DNA from: Terriglobia bacterium
GTDB taxonomy: Bacteria; Acidobacteriota; Terriglobia; 2-12-FULL-54-10
Direction of reading: 5' to 3'
Length of the DNA stretch: 64,000 bases
Assembly (NCBI GenBank): GCA_963666975.2
Contig: CAXVYR010000003.1
Span: forward strand, 256,001 to 320,000
Part shown: piece by piece, positions 60,899 through 64,000 of the stretch
Layout of the letters: each line of letters opens with the position of its first letter
How positions within the stretch are numbered: the stretch's first letter is position 1
Notes under the pieces: model-generated
What the model was told of the DNA's origin: nothing
Seen by the model: the letters and a program-made list of their open reading frames with translations, nothing else
Databases searched by the model: none
Position numbers and translations under genes: made by a program

Positions 60899-62827
60899 TC
60901 AGTACGCCTTTGGTTCCCACCCCGTGGGGATGGGTTCCGCCCAGGTGGTTGGCCCCACCTGCTGCATCCCGAACTCCCTGGCCAGCGTAGCACCCAAGTG
61001 GATCGTTTTGCCACCGACCACAGTCATCAACACCTGGGTCTGTGGGATTTCCGCTTCTGGTATGGCCAGGAAGTCCCGATCGAGCACGATGAAATCCGCG
61101 AACTTCCCCGGCTCCAGCGTTCCTAGGAGGTTCTCCCGCAGCACGTAATAGCCGCCCCACACCGTCAGGGCCTTCAACTGAGTGATCCGGTCGGTTCTCT
61201 CCCTCGGCCCATAGACCCTCTGGTCCCGGTCGTTGTACCGGTTCATCCCCTTGGTGATGAAGAAGAACACCTTGTGGGGCAACGGCCGGTCTATCTCAAA
61301 GGTGTTCATGATCCCGGCGTCCGTCACACTTTTTCGCGGCACTACCCAGTTCGTGTACTCGAGCCCATACTGCTTCGCAATCACTGAGGCCCCCCGATGA
61401 GTCTCCCACAAAATCGTATTGAGCATGCTCGTCATCATCCCCAGGTTCTTAATCCTAGGGATTTGCTGCGGTCGAGGCGCTCCCGCGCCATGATCAAAAG
61501 CATGCCGCTTGGCGCGAATCATTTCCAGCGTCATCCCAGCCCGTCTACTTCCTTCCTCAATTGCATCCATGACGTAGTCAATCCCTTTGTCTCCTCCTGA
61601 ATGCATTGCTGCAATGCGGCCGCCGGATTGGGCGATTCTCGCATTCCTTTCATACCCAGTCGTGCCAGGAGCATTACTGCACTTTTCCTCCCGTGGACTG
61701 CCTCCTAACGCCGCCCTCCATTGAGGTCTTTCAGAAACCGAGAAGCAGCCACCATCAGAACCTCTAGCTCCCATGTTCCACACATGATCTGTCCCATGCC
61801 CCATAATGCCAGCCAGAACATGCAACGCTTCTAAGCTCCAACTCGGTCCGTCATAAGACCACGCAAACCGAGATGGCATCTCTCCCTTCTGATCCAAAAG
61901 ATGAAGGGCTCGCAGGTTAGAAGTAGTATAAGGTCCCGAACCAATGGACGTAATTCCGTAGCTGGACCATATCTCCATTTCTGCCTTGAGTAAATCAGCC
62001 AAGAGTGGCAGCTTCCCCTTGAGCATGACATCGGAACCTACCGGACGTTCTAATCTACCTGATCGGGCAATCCTACTAACAATCTCCGGATCGCGTCGGG
62101 TCTCATCAATGCCTGCATTGCGAAGATTGTAAGCATTAGTCAAATCCGGATGCACACTGCGATATTCTTCCACACCCTTCGTATTGGACATGCAAGCGCT
62201 TGTAAAGCCATTACTGATGCAGACCGGGTTGTTGGGCGACAATACATCGAGGTATTCTTTCGTGATGGAGTCGTTCCAGAATCCGCCACGTGGCCCCCTA
62301 AATTCTTCCGCCCACTCGTAGTCCGGACCCCAGTTGGGAATCACCCGGATCCACTGACCCGGTTTTGCCTTCGCCACAGCCTCCCGCATCGTTGGCTCAA
62401 ACAGCGCCAACTGTTCCCTCGCAGGAAGGCTTGGCAACCAGCGAGAAATGATCACATCATCGTTAGGGAACACTTGCCGGAAAGCTCGAGGCTCTGTCCA
62501 CATCCAATCCGTCGGATGCTCGTGCGACATGATGAAGCTCGGCAGCACCGTCCTGCCCTTCAGGTCAATCGTCTGGGTCTGCGGCCCTGCCAATGCCCGC
62601 ACCTCCGCATTTGTCCCCATCTCCAGGATTTTCCCGTCCCGGACCGCCATCGCCTGCACGATTGTCCCCACCCTCGACTCAAACGAGGCATCATCCATCG
62701 TCACGATCTTGCCGTTGTAGACAATCATCTGGGGATAGCCCAACTTGGCAGCCACATCCACTCCCTGAGCCCACCCCCACACGCCGCATAGAACTGCTGC
62801 AAAAGCTATAGTCAATGTTTTCTTCAT
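60899..62827 (-). CDS. Secreted amidohydrolase_3 paralog 6
   Basis: RBS GGAGGAG, MKKTLT signal peptide, SHEHPTDW, MHSGGDKGID, RHAFDH, EIDRP. Confidence 0.88.
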   Translation of the reverse strand: MKKTLTIAFAAVLCGVWGWAQGVDVAAKLGYPQMIVYNGKIVTMDDASFESRVGTIVQAMAVRDGKILEMGTNAEVRALAGPQTQTIDLKGRTVLPSFIMSHEHPTDWMWTEPRAFRQVFPNDDVIISRWLPSLPAREQLALFEPTMREAVAKAKPGQWIRVIPNWGPDYEWAEEFRGPRGGFWNDSITKEYLDVLSPNNPVCISNGFTSACMSNTKGVEEYRSVHPDLTNAYNLRNAGIDETRRDPEIVSRIARSGRLERPVGSDVMLKGKLPLLADLLKAEMEIWSSYGITSIGSGPYTTSNLRALHLLDQKGEMPSRFAWSYDGPSWSLEALHVLAGIMGHGTDHVWNMGARGSDGGCFSVSERPQWRAALGGSPREEKCSNAPGTTGYERNARIAQSGGRIAAMHSGGDKGIDYVMDAIEEGSRRAGMTLEMIRAKRHAFDHGAGAPRPQQIPRIKNLGMMTSMLNTILWETHRGASVIAKQYGLEYTNWVVPRKSVTDAGIMNTFEIDRPLPHKVFFFITKGMNRYNDRDQRVYGPRERTDRITQLKALTVWGGYYVLRENLLGTLEPGKFADFIVLDRDFLAIPEAEIPQTQVLMTVVGGKTIHLGATLAREFGMQQVGPTTWAEPIPTGWEPKAY

Positions 62828-62898
62828 CTCACTTATCTCCTCCGCAAAAATCTTCCCAAGCAAAAAGGCGCTTCCAGAAATACCATGCCCCCAATGAT

Positions 62899-62979
62899 AT
62901 ACACCTCCCTCATGCCGCCCCCACCAATAGGTGCGAATATCTTGTAAGGACCTAAGTTTTTGCCTGGGGAAATGGCCAC
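62899..62979 (-). pseudogene. 5' stub of a Ser/Thr protein kinase
   Basis: RBS GGAGG, (GTG)AISPGKNLGPYKIFAPIGGGGMREVY. Confidence 0.75.
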
Positions 62980-63015
62980 GCCGTTGCCTCCCACTTGTTT
63001 GGAACTGTTGGGCAA

Positions 63016-63044
63016 AGATTACACGAGGGGAGAGGGTAAATCAA
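63016..63044 (-). promoter_or_regulatory. Shared promoter copy 5 (TTGATT-N17-TAATCT)
   Basis: Same motif; points toward the kinase stub and paralog 6. Confidence 0.6.
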
Positions 63045-63112
63045 TTGGGGACAGGGACTTGCTCAGTCTACGACCGAGCGCCGAGTGTGGTCTAGGAAGC
63101 AAGTCCCGGATT

Positions 63113-63126
63113 ACTCCCCATAAGTC
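63113..63126. other. dif/Xer-like half site S5, interrupted by IS30
   Basis: ACTCCCCATAA-GTC, then the IS30 left end. Confidence 0.6.
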
Positions 63127-64000
63127 GGGTGATCTCAACTGGTGGATGCAACACTTTACGCGAAAGGAAAAGGTGAAGTGTATGCGAAAGAAACAAAAGA
63201 GGAAGCGGCGAGGTTTCACAGCGACGGAGCTGGCCGAGGTGTGGGATCGGTGGCAGCGAGGAGAGTCTTCCAAATTGATCGCACGTGTGCTTGGGAGAGG
63301 GTCGTCTGTGTACTCCGTGCTTTTGCGCCACGGTGGTATCCGTCCCCGTCCCCGATTGCGCTCACGCCTGGCGCTGAGGTTAGCCGAGCGTGAGGAGATG
63401 TCCAGAGGCGTGGCGGCGAAGCAGTCGATCCGATCGATTGCCGTGTTGCTCGGACGCTCACCATCGACAGTGAGCCGGGAGATCTGTCGTAACGGCGGCT
63501 ATGATAAGTATCGGGCGTCGACTGCAGATGAGTAGACATGGGAGCGGGCACGTCGCCCGAAGCCCTGTCGGCTGGCCCGCTGTTCCCGGGTACGCCAGCT
63601 TGTTGAAGAGAAGCTCCGGGAGGACTGCTCCCCTCAACAGATTGCGGGCTGGCTAAAACGCACCTACTCGGAAGACGAGTCGGTTCACGTGTCACACGAG
63701 ACGATCTATCGCAGTCTTTTCATTCAGGCCCGCGGGGCTCTGAAGAAAGGACTCTCACAGTATCTGCGTACCAGACGCACGATTCGCCGGTCCCGGCATG
63801 CGACCCGCAAAGGCCGTGGTGGCGGGCAGATCCCGGACCTCATATCCATCCGTGAGCGTCCGGTTTCAGTGGAAGGCCGGGCGGTACCCGGTCACTGGGA
63901 AGGTGACCTGATTGCCGGATCGAAGAACACCTACATTGCGACTCTGGTGGAACGTCACTCGCGTTATGTGATGCTGGCGAAGGTGCCCAACAAGGAAACC
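63127..64000 (+). mobile_element. IS30-family element (runs off window); transposase from 63182 with in-frame TAG at 63533
   Basis: Left end GGGTGATCTCAACTGGTGGATGCAACAC; LGRSPSTVSREI, SPQQI, VSHETIY, PGHWEGDLI in one frame across the stop. Confidence 0.88.

Noticed and set aside
63533-63535. Amber read-through (pyrrolysine) in the IS30 transposase
   Set aside because: No pyl genes in the window; other decay (W to C in WSPxQI) favours a pseudogene.
19700-64000. CRISPR array or classical integron
   Set aside because: No regularly spaced repeat-spacer array and no cas genes. The intact recombinase lacks an evident IntI-specific insertion, and the repeats lack attC RYYYAAC…GTTRRRY hairpin structure.

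Overview
Bacterial window, probably Acidobacteriota (inferred from the TonB-receptor type, the IS1380/integrase/kinase sequence styles and the S55-peptidase/propeller pair). About 1-19.7 kb is ordinary chromosome: S55 peptidase plus beta-propeller, ECF sigma/anti-sigma/DUF4097, aroK, fadN-fadA-fadE, an RRM protein, and pyrR-pyrB-pyrC-MFS-DinB. About 19.7-64 kb is a rearranged accessory region. It holds six paralogous signal-peptide-bearing amidohydrolase_3-like genes (one IS-disrupted), one other secreted amidohydrolase, three paralogous TonB-dependent receptors (one disrupted), two tyrosine recombinases, a serine recombinase, a tRNA-fMet 3' fragment, and IS1595, IS3 (x3), IS1380 remnants and IS30. 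The most striking unexplained structure is a set of recurring non-coding modules between these genes: dif/Xer-like 11-6-11 sites in alternating orientation around a tyrosine recombinase, one sigma70-like promoter reused five times (three times fused to a Ser/Thr-kinase 5' stub ahead of an amidohydrolase), IS1380-type right ends just upstream of four genes, and two further repeat families downstream of cargo genes. Together these suggest a cassette-like system that accumulates or shuffles exported amidohydrolases and receptors. This is inference from reading the sequence; no searches were run.
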